64,000 nt of DNA from a virus, in the IMG/VR virus record IMGVR_UViG_3300045988_179014, positions 256,001 to 320,000 of that record; one strand, given 5' to 3'. Below, in pieces: positions 1-9,945 of the stretch (positions are counted from its first letter, which is position 1; each line of letters begins with the position of its first letter). The position numbers were made by a program, and so were the translations under genes. Below the pieces are notes generated by a model. The model saw only the letters and a program-made list of their open reading frames with translations. It had not been told where the DNA came from and ran no database searches.

Positions 1-176
1 GCTTCTTCCCTGGTTTCAGTTCTTAAAATACTATCAGCCTCACGAACGAAACGCATCAGAAGGTCCAAAAGCACTGTTGTATCCTTGAACCTATCAGCAT
101 GATGCTCAATCGATTTGATAACTGACAGAACAAGAAGTTGCACTGTATCATTCATACGTTCTGATGGCTCATTCAT
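1..176 (-). CDS. partial hypothetical protein; N-terminal ~58 codons present, gene runs off the window start
   Basis: ATG at 174-176 on the minus strand, with an open frame (MNEPSERMNDTVQLLVLSVIKS...) running to position 1. It is too short within the window to appear in the ORF track. Confidence 0.25.
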   Translation of the reverse strand, partial: MNEPSERMNDTVQLLVLSVIKSIEHHADRFKDTTVLLDLLMRFVREADSILRTETREE

Positions 177-276
177 AAATACCACATCAGTAAGGTTTGA
201 TTAGTGTTCATATGGCACATCCTTTACTCAACTGACCACAAACCGTAGCTGGGTTGGCCTTGTTCTATGAGAACTG

Positions 277-1602
277 TCACAAATAAGGCTTCATGGCTGA
301 TTTGAATTCCATGGTTCGTTGGTTGTTGTAACGTTTCAGCTCAGTTTTTCCTTCCCCAACCATAAGCGCAATAGCTAAACTAGGAACCAAGTCAAAAACA
401 CTGTTGTCCGCACTTGACAAATTTTTCATCCATTCTCCATATGAAGCCAGAACATCATCATAGTCCAGAACCATTTCAGTAATGAATCTGACTGCTTCTA
501 CAGTGTTGTGACTAGAAACCGCTGTACTGATAATGGTCAAGCTTTTCTCCAAATCACATGAACGAAATGCCATGTTACTATTCAAAATAGCCGCCAAAAC
601 AGATAGGACTTCAACTGGTTTCAAATTGGATGCATTATTGTGTAATGCTGTAGCCATCGTGTACCATTTTTGAAGTCCTGCACTCAGCTTTTTTCCACAG
701 TGCAACTCATCCAGCAAATAATGGAATTCGTTATACAGTGGTCTTGTTGAGAGCCCCCTACCAGTAATGTCATCATGATTGGCTGACATGCTTTTAATGA
801 ATGTGCTTGACAACAAACTTTCAACATCAAAAGCAGAAATACTCGTAGAAACTTTTCTCACATCATCAATGAAGTTTTTCAGAGCACGTGTATAGTTTGA
901 ATACGTGACTCTCTTTTTCTGAGAAGATGGCAGTTTCAAGTAACGAATAATCTCCGATTTGGTCAGAGATTTCACAAGCGGCCCATTTTTGTTCCATGCA
1001 CGGTTTCGAAACGCTATAGGACTTTTACGGTAACAATCCAACAAATCAGTTGTGTGCTCATTTTGGGTGAACTGGAACTTCACAAATTGTGTGTCCAGCT
1101 CTTTTTCGTGTCCTTCCATGTAATCACCCAATGACTCACTATTGTCTCCATGTGCTAGCAACTCATTGATACCCAGCAAATGATAAAGATAGTATTCGTC
1201 CCAAAGTTTATCTGTCTCTGCCATACCATCTTCTATGATTGTCGACATGTCATACACTTGTTCCTTGGAAAAGCCGTGTGCAGATAGAAGCTGATTAATT
1301 CTTCTATCATAGTAATGAGTCTTTTTCTCTCCCGGATTACATGTATGGCTCAATTGAAACGTTCCAATATTTGGGAACATGTAATAGCAGTCATAATATT
1401 TGTAACGCAAAGGCGACCCGTGTCTTTTTAGGTATTTCAAAGCATCATTTACCTGTTGGTCCAAGTTCTCATGATGGACGAACACCCCCGCAATATGAGG
1501 CGCATAGCTGAACATTTCCTTCAGAGCATCTGGAAGCTCTTGGGTACTTCTAGCGTCTTGTTTATAGTTTCTTGACGTGAAATGGTACTTCTTTAATTCC
1601 AT
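277..1602 (-). CDS. hypothetical protein (441 aa), first gene of the Ter-associated minus-strand block
   Basis: Long ORF in the ORF track. Its start overlaps the upstream gene's stop (TGATG-type coupling at 1602). No motif recognised. Confidence 0.55.
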   Translation of the reverse strand: MELKKYHFTSRNYKQDARSTQELPDALKEMFSYAPHIAGVFVHHENLDQQVNDALKYLKRHGSPLRYKYYDCYYMFPNIGTFQLSHTCNPGEKKTHYYDRRINQLLSAHGFSKEQVYDMSTIIEDGMAETDKLWDEYYLYHLLGINELLAHGDNSESLGDYMEGHEKELDTQFVKFQFTQNEHTTDLLDCYRKSPIAFRNRAWNKNGPLVKSLTKSEIIRYLKLPSSQKKRVTYSNYTRALKNFIDDVRKVSTSISAFDVESLLSSTFIKSMSANHDDITGRGLSTRPLYNEFHYLLDELHCGKKLSAGLQKWYTMATALHNNASNLKPVEVLSVLAAILNSNMAFRSCDLEKSLTIISTAVSSHNTVEAVRFITEMVLDYDDVLASYGEWMKNLSSADNSVFDLVPSLAIALMVGEGKTELKRYNNQRTMEFKSAMKPYL

Positions 1603-2027
1603 CAGTTCTCTCCCCGCTGCACAATAATTGATGTCTCAACGTAATCGGTTCCAATACGTCGCAAATATGCATTACCGCCATCAACTGACAATTGTCCACA
1701 TTTGCACGTCACAAAATCGTGTTGATGTTGAGACACTAATTCATTTTCACATTGTCCACATTTTGCCGAGTTTCGTAAAATGGCAAAACCACGGCGATTG
1801 AATTGGTAATCATCCGGGTCCACAACGAAACCCAAAGGAAACTCAGGACTATAGCGAACCATGTGTCCTTGTTTAAAACCTAACGGCAAATCACGGTACT
1901 CATGGTTTGATGGGTTGTGCAATGGACAGTATGCCCCATTACACTGAGTTTCATGATGGATGTGCGACAATTTGGTTCCATCAGCAAAGTACACAGTATC
2001 TCCCACTATGGAATGAGACATGGGCAC
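1602..2027 (-). CDS. hypothetical Cys-rich protein (141 aa), possible Zn-ribbon
   Basis: ORF with several CxxC-like pairs (CNGAYCP, CGQCENE, CKCGQ). Translationally coupled to the downstream gene. Confidence 0.5.
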   Translation of the reverse strand: MPMSHSIVGDTVYFADGTKLSHIHHETQCNGAYCPLHNPSNHEYRDLPLGFKQGHMVRYSPEFPLGFVVDPDDYQFNRRGFAILRNSAKCGQCENELVSQHQHDFVTCKCGQLSVDGGNAYLRRIGTDYVETSIIVQRGEN

Positions 2028-2092
2028 ACCTCCCCTGACATCTTATTGATACACACATCAATGCTAACAACTTATGTACTCAAAATCAATCA

Positions 2093-3436
2093 TCAAGACG
2101 TAATCAGACTGTTGGAATCTGACACACGCTCCACCAGCCGATTCACCTTGAAACGTACCTGCTCCTGAAACGCTCTACTGCGAAAATGCTTCCGGTCTTT
2201 TTGTTGGACCAATGTCAAAAGAAGACTAGCAGGAATTGATGAATCGATTTGCTGACCGTTATGTAACCAATTCTCCCAGTCAGAAAATGTTGGTAGTTCA
2301 TCAACGTTTTCCGTAACTGTATCTTCAATCAATGCCAGAAAAGAGAAAGCTTTACTTGATTTACCACAAAGGCCTTGCCAGATGATTTCCAATGCTTTTG
2401 AAGTTCCGGCACGATTGAACATGAGACGTGGGTGACTCAAAGCAACAATGAGTGTAAGAAATGTCCGTAACTGGATACTGTTTCTGTGTCTCCAGCAGAA
2501 TTTGAAAATCTCGTGTAACTGATAATTTTGTCCTTTGATTCCATTGATTAAAGTCAGTCTAATCCTATCCAAGAAACTGGACAAACCATAAGGTAACTTG
2601 GATTCAATTGCGTCATATATATAATGTTTCAGCAGTTTGTTGCATTGTTTGTTTAATTCGGTTGACTCAATTCTTCTTTTAGGATGTTTGAGTTCCTGCA
2701 TTGCATAAGACCACACACGCCCAAAATCTCGTGAAGAAGTAAAATACCGATAAGAATAGAACATCAGATGTTCTACCTCAATTTGGCGTAATGAGAGAAT
2801 TTTGTTTTTGTGCTGTTTTTCAACAACAGCATTCCAGCGTAAAATACCATCACCATGACTAGCAGTGATGAGTTTTAAAGTATGAACACCCCAATTCCAA
2901 TCCCAATTATAGAACCTGTCCAGTAGTGTTGACATATTCTGTTTCAAATATTCACCATAGGTATCATCAGACTTGTTCTCATGAATGAAAGCATTAAGAG
3001 TGAAGAATCGAAAAATGCTCTCATCATGCCAACATCTTTCATTCAACAACTGATGTCGCATGATTGGAGCAATAAATGACAACCACTCCTCTGGCGTTTT
3101 TGCTGAACGAATATTTGATTTGAAGTATGAAATGTTCACACTAATCGTAGTGTTAATAGTTTCAAATGACAATTTACCTACAGGAGGAAATGCAGCTAAA
3201 CGAAATGGAAACAAATTAGGGGAACAATTCTTTAAATCAGTAAGTAATCCATCATACAATGGGACATAGGAACCCGCTGCTACATGATTCCAGCCTTTGG
3301 AAAGCTTGTTTGAAAGATAAACAATTAAATCATTACTGGTTCCGGATGGAAAAACCAATTTTGACAGTGGAGTGTAATGTTTAACTTTCAATATGGGGTA
3401 AGTTTTCAGTATGTTAGTTGTTTCCAATGATTCCAT
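2093..3436 (-). CDS. hypothetical protein (447 aa)
   Basis: Long ORF in the same orientation as the Ter-associated block. No motif recognised. Confidence 0.55.
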   Translation of the reverse strand: MESLETTNILKTYPILKVKHYTPLSKLVFPSGTSNDLIVYLSNKLSKGWNHVAAGSYVPLYDGLLTDLKNCSPNLFPFRLAAFPPVGKLSFETINTTISVNISYFKSNIRSAKTPEEWLSFIAPIMRHQLLNERCWHDESIFRFFTLNAFIHENKSDDTYGEYLKQNMSTLLDRFYNWDWNWGVHTLKLITASHGDGILRWNAVVEKQHKNKILSLRQIEVEHLMFYSYRYFTSSRDFGRVWSYAMQELKHPKRRIESTELNKQCNKLLKHYIYDAIESKLPYGLSSFLDRIRLTLINGIKGQNYQLHEIFKFCWRHRNSIQLRTFLTLIVALSHPRLMFNRAGTSKALEIIWQGLCGKSSKAFSFLALIEDTVTENVDELPTFSDWENWLHNGQQIDSSIPASLLLTLVQQKDRKHFRSRAFQEQVRFKVNRLVERVSDSNSLITS

Positions 3437-3592
3437 TTCATTATTCTATCAACCAACAAAGTAACCATAGAGTGACATTTCATCCAATAAAAACCCACAA
3501 CATGTATGAATTTCAAGTGTTCGTGTTGTGTTTGAATGATGATTTTGTGAAGTTACTCATCACTCAACAACGAAATGCTCAAAATTGTAATG

Positions 3593-4693
3593 TCAGACTG
3601 TCCATAATCTGTCAAAACGGTCAGGTCCATATGATTCAATTGCTACTGGACCCAACATATTTGGTTTCACAGGTCCATTGTTGGTCATGATGTTGGAAAA
3701 TTGGTCCAACCAGCTTATGGCAAGATACGTTGGTTTTACACGTTCTATTGACCATTCCAGCATGTTTTGGTCCCAAAGTCCAGTACGAAAAGCACCGGCC
3801 CATTCAGATGTTCCATTGTGTGGTTCTGGTACTGTTACATGATTCTCATAAGGCATTGGACCTGCACCATGACGGGTAGCATATGTTCTCAAACAACCAT
3901 ATACTGTCACATCCTCCACACCAGCTTGTCGCAACATTGTTCTGGCATTACTTGGGGTAGTAGTGCTCCAGGTGTTGTGAGGTGGTTGACCAAAGTTTTC
4001 ATCCAAAAGAAACCCTTGAGCGCCTTCAAACACAGTATGCCCCACAGTGAGTTCATTCAGAAAATGGTCATTGTCCACCACTTTGAAAACCTGACTAAAT
4101 GCATCCATCATAGTACGAGCCATTGCAAGATAGGTTCCAGGTTCTTGCTCTTCCAATCCCATGTTCTGACCATAAAATTGGAGAAAATCCAGGATTGTAT
4201 CTATTGAGAACATGTCTTTTGCACGTAAAGGAGTATTTCCATGGTATTCCCAAGCAACCGTTTCCCCAAAACCTGTGCCAGTGGAGCCATGACGTGCTTC
4301 TCCTCTGGCTTTTTCCCGAGCATGATTCACAAACACATGTAAAGGAGTAGTCACTTTCGTAAGTTCTGACACATGAATAAAGCGGGTATCTGTTGTCAAA
4401 ACTGGTTTCAATGCTGTTTGTTCTTGCAATGCTGACAATGGGTCAATAGTGCAATATTCTGAAATCCATGTTGGAACTTGTGAAAATGTCCCAGACCCGT
4501 AACTGGAAAAAGTGTGTGACAGTTTTCCAACTTGTACATTGTGTGCAGCTTGTTGTCCCCCATTGAAGCGCACCACTCTTTTGGCTTTGTGACGATGTGC
4601 CAGGTAATCAGTTGTTGCGCCTTTGCATTCATCACCCCAGCCCAGACCCACCACAATGTCAGCAGTGGGTCGGGATGGATTTTTGAAAGTCAT
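3593..4693 (-). CDS. adenylosuccinate synthetase-like (PurA family) paralog, shortened to 366 aa
   Basis: N-terminus 'IVVGLGWGDECKGATTDYLA..VVRFNGGQQAAHNV' matches the PurA 'GTQWGDEGKGK...VVRYQGGHNAGH' GTP-binding signature. Embedded in the Ter biosynthetic module. Overlaps the next gene by 4 nt. Confidence 0.65.
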   Translation of the reverse strand: MTFKNPSRPTADIVVGLGWGDECKGATTDYLAHRHKAKRVVRFNGGQQAAHNVQVGKLSHTFSSYGSGTFSQVPTWISEYCTIDPLSALQEQTALKPVLTTDTRFIHVSELTKVTTPLHVFVNHAREKARGEARHGSTGTGFGETVAWEYHGNTPLRAKDMFSIDTILDFLQFYGQNMGLEEQEPGTYLAMARTMMDAFSQVFKVVDNDHFLNELTVGHTVFEGAQGFLLDENFGQPPHNTWSTTTPSNARTMLRQAGVEDVTVYGCLRTYATRHGAGPMPYENHVTVPEPHNGTSEWAGAFRTGLWDQNMLEWSIERVKPTYLAISWLDQFSNIMTNNGPVKPNMLGPVAIESYGPDRFDRLWTV

Positions 4694-5634
4694 CGTAACA
4701 CCTTTGGACCAGCATCGTTTTTACGTGCTAAAGTCTTCCCAACTCGAAGTGCTATTTCTTTACCTGCTGTTTCAGTTAAATCTCGTTCGATAGTGGTACG
4801 GTCGGTTCCTTCCGCGAAACCAACAACTGCGGCAATGGTTTCTGCAATGTTGTTGGGGTCTTCCACAATCAACACTTGCTTTTCTCCAAACAAATTGGCA
4901 TAGAATTCATGTGACCGTTGGAATCGTGCAGCTGAATTGTCAATTAGTAGTACCCATACATGCCATTTCTCAGTTACGGCTTTGGCAATTGATTCATTGC
5001 TCAAATCATCCAACAATGGCTGTTTGTCCCCAATGACTTCACGTACATGGTCTTTGTCGATAGGCACTTGTTTCTCATCTGCTATCAAAAACAAATGTCC
5101 TTTGTGTTTCCGTTTTTCCCAGGAATCTGTCTCGGTGTGAGTTGCTGCATAGTAAAGGAGAAGATTGCTGGTTTCACCATTGTTTCCTCCACCACCACCT
5201 TCTAGGAACATGTTGTCCAAGGCATCATCTACTCGGTTGTCAGATTCGAATTGACCAAACTGTAATGGGACTGAATCGCAATGTGCATCACCATACGTGG
5301 CTACTGCAACTTGTGGGTCCTTGGCGTATCCTTTATCCACCAATAGTTTGAATACTGTTCCCAGTTTTTGTTGCATCACTCTTGGGACAGACCCCATGGA
5401 ACCGGTAGAATCAAATGCAACAATGATGGGAAGGGAATTGGGATGTTCTTTTGAGTCTCGTGATTCTCTAACGTTCAACCCTACTTTGTTCAACTTTTTG
5501 GGGGTCAAATCCTCATGAGCCTTGTACACTCCGGAACTACGAACTGACCGGTCGTAACCAAACGTTGCACCAGTACGAATTTTGCTACTTGTAACACCTG
5601 AATATGTAGCAGCACTCCAAACTCCTCCACCCAT
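4690..5634 (-). CDS. von Willebrand factor A (vWA) domain protein, TerY-like
   Basis: MIDAS motif 'VAFDSTGSMGS' (DxSxS). A Gly-rich segment follows. The Ter cluster context fits TerY. Confidence 0.6.
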   Translation of the reverse strand: MGGGVWSAATYSGVTSSKIRTGATFGYDRSVRSSGVYKAHEDLTPKKLNKVGLNVRESRDSKEHPNSLPIIVAFDSTGSMGSVPRVMQQKLGTVFKLLVDKGYAKDPQVAVATYGDAHCDSVPLQFGQFESDNRVDDALDNMFLEGGGGGNNGETSNLLLYYAATHTETDSWEKRKHKGHLFLIADEKQVPIDKDHVREVIGDKQPLLDDLSNESIAKAVTEKWHVWVLLIDNSAARFQRSHEFYANLFGEKQVLIVEDPNNIAETIAAVVGFAEGTDRTTIERDLTETAGKEIALRVGKTLARKNDAGPKVLR

Positions 5635-5736
5635 GATGACACTCTCCTTGGTCTAGTGGTGAACAGCTATGCGTTAAATATCAGTTTGACCCTTAACACT
5701 GTCATTGTACCAATTTGAACCCGAAAATAACTTATG

Positions 5737-6579
5737 TCAAATGCCTTTAGAAGGTGGAGCAGGAAGAGGGTGCCATTTCGACCCACCAAAATCCTTCTTC
5801 AACGCTGCTTCCCCACGATGAACCGCTTTCTCCACAGGTATTGGACGAAGGCGCATCTCATACAAAAACTTCCCCAACGCTGGCGAAGTTTTTCCAGATT
5901 CCAGCAATAAAGCAGCACTCTGGGACACAGACAGTTCAGTATCAGTTGGATTCCCTGAAAGATATCTTGGCAAGGTGAACGCATATGGAGAAACTTCCAA
6001 TGATGCACCAAGAGGAACAGCAGTCCACCATCCATCCAGTCGTAAACCATGCTCAGAAGGAAGAAGCGCTACTGTATTGGCATTGATGTCTCCATGAACC
6101 CAACCCTCCTGTGCTGCCAAATGAATCACTGTCAGCAGTCGACGCCAAATCCAAGCAATCGTTCTCTCGTCCAATTGTTCGAATGCACTTAGTAACCACC
6201 ATCCAGGCCCGTAACGGCTCTCCAGGGTTAGTTTGTTTCGATGTGGCTCCGGAACCCACTGCACCGGCTCAGAAGACTTCCAGAGGGCATTCTGTGCCTT
6301 CTCAGCCCTATCCAACAAATCCGAGTTCACTGCATCAAAAGACCAATAGATGCTTCCACCGCCAAACTTGCCTGTGGCCAATCGAAGACTCACATCTGGC
6401 GCATGGAACAATGATTCCAATTTTGTAAAAGCAAGATTGGCCTGAGGGTGTTTGCACACATCCGGATGAACTCGAACTTGTGCTTTCCTAAGACCTGTTT
6501 TATCGTGCTCCAACCCCAATTGGTCCCAACTGGTAGCATTGAGAACAATATTTACAAAAGCATCCATGGAAAACTCCAT
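5737..6579 (-). CDS. putative kinase-like protein (HxDxxxN catalytic-loop-like motif)
   Basis: 'WVHGDINANTVALL' resembles the protein-kinase/APH-type catalytic loop. It sits next to the TerY-like vWA gene, as in TerY-kinase-phosphatase triads. Weak call. Confidence 0.35.
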   Translation of the reverse strand: MEFSMDAFVNIVLNATSWDQLGLEHDKTGLRKAQVRVHPDVCKHPQANLAFTKLESLFHAPDVSLRLATGKFGGGSIYWSFDAVNSDLLDRAEKAQNALWKSSEPVQWVPEPHRNKLTLESRYGPGWWLLSAFEQLDERTIAWIWRRLLTVIHLAAQEGWVHGDINANTVALLPSEHGLRLDGWWTAVPLGASLEVSPYAFTLPRYLSGNPTDTELSVSQSAALLLESGKTSPALGKFLYEMRLRPIPVEKAVHRGEAALKKDFGGSKWHPLPAPPSKGI

Positions 6580-6618
6580 CTGTTTACAATATTACAAATG
6601 ACAATTACATGATGCCAA

Positions 6619-7488
6619 TTATTGCATGTTTCCATGTTGATTGTTTTGAACAGTTTTCGCAAAATTGGTCCATAACGTTTGAGGGTCGTTGTCGCTCAAA
6701 CCTGACATGCAACCATCATTCAATTCAACCACAGCCCAGCTACCATCAGGGTATTCAGCCATGTCAATCACATAGAACCGCGCCAAGTGTTTTGTCCGGT
6801 CAATTGCATCCATTAAAGCTGTCATGTATTTCGTAAAATCAAGTGGCTGTACACCACTGTATTCAACATGATTGCTCCAATAGAACCCTTCAGAAAGAAT
6901 TCGTCCATCAAGAACAAACACACGTCTTTCATGAAAAATCGGCCTTGAATCCACTGCTTTCCCCAATAGCCGAAAATGCTGAAATGGACGAATCACAATA
7001 CGTTGACTCCCCACATATGTATCACTGAGAACATTGTTGATAATCCTCAGCAAATCATGTTTAGTCTCCGCATAAGCAGCATCAAACCATTTGTTCTTTA
7101 TGGAATTGGTCTCTCCCTTGACAAAATATTCTCCTTCAGGGAGTTTCGGAATATCTTCTATAGAATAGGCTTTCGCTGTCAACCCATCCAAAAGATGGAC
7201 CCATGCAAACAAATCAGCAATGTTTCTATGTTGACTATAACTGTTGACCAGATGACTTCCCAGTAATTGAACCTCTTTGTCCAACTCTGGCCCGAAAGGA
7301 ATTGCTCGGAAACGCGGAATCACCAATGACCCAGCGGGAATTTGGCTGACCATGGTTCCCATATGAGTTCCAAACACTTCTCGGGCAGCATCCAACTCAT
7401 CAGATTCCAAAATGCCTATTTGTGAATCAGAATAAAAATAGTATGGTTGCAGCATTATTTCCCCTTGATATTGTTCGCCAAATCTCAT
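6619..7488 (-). CDS. ATP-grasp domain enzyme (Ter-associated amidoligase-like)
   Basis: C-terminal 'WAVVELNDGCMSG' matches the ATP-grasp Mg-binding E-x-N signature. Size and context match the ATP-grasp member of Ter biosynthetic modules. Confidence 0.5.
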   Translation of the reverse strand: MRFGEQYQGEIMLQPYYFYSDSQIGILESDELDAAREVFGTHMGTMVSQIPAGSLVIPRFRAIPFGPELDKEVQLLGSHLVNSYSQHRNIADLFAWVHLLDGLTAKAYSIEDIPKLPEGEYFVKGETNSIKNKWFDAAYAETKHDLLRIINNVLSDTYVGSQRIVIRPFQHFRLLGKAVDSRPIFHERRVFVLDGRILSEGFYWSNHVEYSGVQPLDFTKYMTALMDAIDRTKHLARFYVIDMAEYPDGSWAVVELNDGCMSGLSDNDPQTLWTNFAKTVQNNQHGNMQ

Positions 7489-7509
7489 TATGGGTATGAT
7501 GATGCTAAT

Positions 7510-7731
7510 TTATGGAAGAGTTGACCAAATTTCTTTGCAGGTCGGGCAAATAGGAAATTCCTTGTAATCTCCGAAAGGTACCCACTTTTTACCACACAAC
7601 GCGGTAGCCGGAATACCATCAAAAATGGCACGCTCCAGCTCATCTTTTCTCACATAATGGGCGAACTTATCGTGATTCCCATCATCATTCACAAGTTGCT
7701 TTTCTTCAACCAGCTCATCCAAAACAGTCAT
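7510..7731 (-). CDS. small conserved protein, DUF3039-like (actinobacterial)
   Basis: 73 aa; 'FAHYV...ALCGKKWVP...PICPTCKEI' resembles the DUF3039 pattern. Confidence 0.45.
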   Translation of the reverse strand: MTVLDELVEEKQLVNDDGNHDKFAHYVRKDELERAIFDGIPATALCGKKWVPFGDYKEFPICPTCKEIWSTLP

Positions 7732-7987
7732 TCATACTCCTATCAATCAAAACCTTGAATCCATGATAACACTCCTTCACCACTTGAACAAGTTTGAAGT
7801 TGTCACCAATCAACAGCACTAGATAAACTCATTCCCCCGACCGAACCTGTTACAAGGCAAACACAATTGAATCCTCCTTCATGTATCTTGTGTTTTTGTT
7901 GAGATTATCAGAACAGGAGTGTGGATTGTTTTAACAAAATAGTTCCAAGCATGTGTTATTATGTTAGCTTCTCTATTATGTTATTCA

Positions 7988-8785
7988 TCAACAAACAACA
8001 TGGTCTCGAACAGTGCGCACAATTTCTACTGAAGCTGCCGAACCTTTTTCACAAGTGCGTTTCATGTTGCCAGCATTGTTTCCTTGATTCACGCCATGAA
8101 ACGGAACAATGAACTCAGCAACTTCATCAGCCATGGACAAATCCAGAATACTGTCTCCAGCAGCAAAACTATAACCATAGCCAAAACGAGCAATGATTTC
8201 GGCTACTGCACGTCCTTTACTGATTGGACGAGGAATCAAATAATGTTTTCTTCCTTGTCGTGAATACATTTGATTGTAGTCTTCAGCCATTGCAGCAATC
8301 ATTGTTTCCAGTTTTTGATGATATCCTAACTCAGTGACTACATATGCGAAAAACCCATCAGCATCATGAACTGCTCTGACCCCATCCAATGTGGAAAAAG
8401 TTTTCACAACTTGCTGCAAAACCTGACTTGGAGAATATTCTTCCTGTAGCACCAAGTCTTGCATCATTCGGGTCCAGTTCATGTCTTCCTGTCCATCAAT
8501 TAGTATTTTTGCACCATTGAGAATGATTGCACAATTGTATTGAATCTGCGGGAATTGGATTCTTTGGAATTGACGCATGGTTCGTGTGGTTGTTGGAATG
8601 AAATCAAAAACCTTGGCAGCATGGTCATGTAGAATCTGATATGTTTCCCAGGCCATATAACCTACTGGGGAATTATTACGTTCCTCAACCACCACATGAC
8701 CAGTTGTTTTCTGTCCATGTGAATACAACCCCCGCTGTGAAAAGACAAGAGTATCATCCAAATCAGAGAACAAAACAGTTTTCAT
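7988..8785 (-). CDS. HAD-superfamily hydrolase/phosphatase
   Basis: N-terminal 'VLFSDLDDTLV' is HAD motif I (DxDxT). A C-terminal 'GDSILD' motif IV-like segment is present. 4-nt overlap with the upstream gene. Confidence 0.65.
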   Translation of the reverse strand: MKTVLFSDLDDTLVFSQRGLYSHGQKTTGHVVVEERNNSPVGYMAWETYQILHDHAAKVFDFIPTTTRTMRQFQRIQFPQIQYNCAIILNGAKILIDGQEDMNWTRMMQDLVLQEEYSPSQVLQQVVKTFSTLDGVRAVHDADGFFAYVVTELGYHQKLETMIAAMAEDYNQMYSRQGRKHYLIPRPISKGRAVAEIIARFGYGYSFAAGDSILDLSMADEVAEFIVPFHGVNQGNNAGNMKRTCEKGSAASVEIVRTVRDHVVC

Positions 8786-9945
8786 ATTGCTGCCATTCCG
8801 GTGTGTCCAATGGCTCCACGACTGTATTGAGGATGAATTAAACCAACACAGGCATACGGCAAATCAGACTTTTCCTCCACAGGCACATTTCGTTGATGTG
8901 CCAAAAGTAGAACATGGGTCAATGCGGTTTTGTCTTCAGGTCGTATGAGAATCCGCCATGGTACTCGTCGCAATAAAACTCTCGTTGTCTCCCCTACCCC
9001 AGGTTTCACCAAGTTGACATCATGAATACCATATTCCTCACTGATTTGTTCCACCATGGTCCACCCCATCCAAGACGGTTCATCATATTCGTGAACTCTC
9101 AAAGCCTCATCCACAACATCAAACAATTCAGAACCAAAATGTTCAATTACAGCATCAATGAAATACTGTGACACATCCATAGCAGCAAATTTACGATAAA
9201 ACTTGGCTCCATGGTAATCATTAGGCCCAATACTGTGATTCAAAACAGTACGTGAAATCAAACCCGACACAGTAGAGTTCAAACATGCTGATGGAATCAG
9301 ATAATCCTCCCTGGTCCCATAAACACGAACGCAAGAACCAGGGTCCGCCAGAACTGCCAACTCACTGTTGAAAACAACGCCTTCCTGTTCTGCAAAAAGT
9401 TTCAACGCTTGTGAAAGTTCCTTCGTTATGGCTCCTTTACCCGTCCATCCATCAATGAAAACAACACAGTCAGGGTTGTGATGTTTTGCAATATAGCGCA
9501 ACGCATTGAAATCGATACCTTTTCCTCGAACAATACTGACCGCATAGTGTGGAACCTGTATCTGATAACGCTGCTCCAAATAACGTTTGACCAGAATTCC
9601 AACAGGTGTCCCCGCACGAGCCAACGACACCAGAACCGGATTCCCGCCTCGCAGAAACCGAACCTGTTCAGCTACCATGCCAACCGCTTTCGCCAGTTTC
9701 TCACTGTTTTGGGCAAGAGATGAAAAGAACAATTGAACATACTCGTCAGATGGTACATATTCCACAGGCAAGGATTCAGCATAGTGTGCTCTACCTGATT
9801 GTATTGCTTCTTCCCGTTCCTCAACTGATGCTTCCAGTTTGCTTCTGGACAAATCTTTCAACAACCAAGCAACATCATCAAAACAGTATGAACCGAACTG
9901 AGGGCCATGCAAAGGTTTCGGTAATATAACATCTTCTGGAATCAT
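8782..9945 (-). CDS. phosphoribosyltransferase-like protein (degenerate PRTase motif)
   Basis: 'VVFIDGWTGKGAIT' resembles the type I PRTase PRPP-binding loop (hhhhDDxxxTGxT). Tandem to a clear PRTase gene, with a 4-nt overlap. Confidence 0.4.
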   Translation of the reverse strand: MIPEDVILPKPLHGPQFGSYCFDDVAWLLKDLSRSKLEASVEEREEAIQSGRAHYAESLPVEYVPSDEYVQLFFSSLAQNSEKLAKAVGMVAEQVRFLRGGNPVLVSLARAGTPVGILVKRYLEQRYQIQVPHYAVSIVRGKGIDFNALRYIAKHHNPDCVVFIDGWTGKGAITKELSQALKLFAEQEGVVFNSELAVLADPGSCVRVYGTREDYLIPSACLNSTVSGLISRTVLNHSIGPNDYHGAKFYRKFAAMDVSQYFIDAVIEHFGSELFDVVDEALRVHEYDEPSWMGWTMVEQISEEYGIHDVNLVKPGVGETTRVLLRRVPWRILIRPEDKTALTHVLLLAHQRNVPVEEKSDLPYACVGLIHPQYSRGAIGHTGMAAI

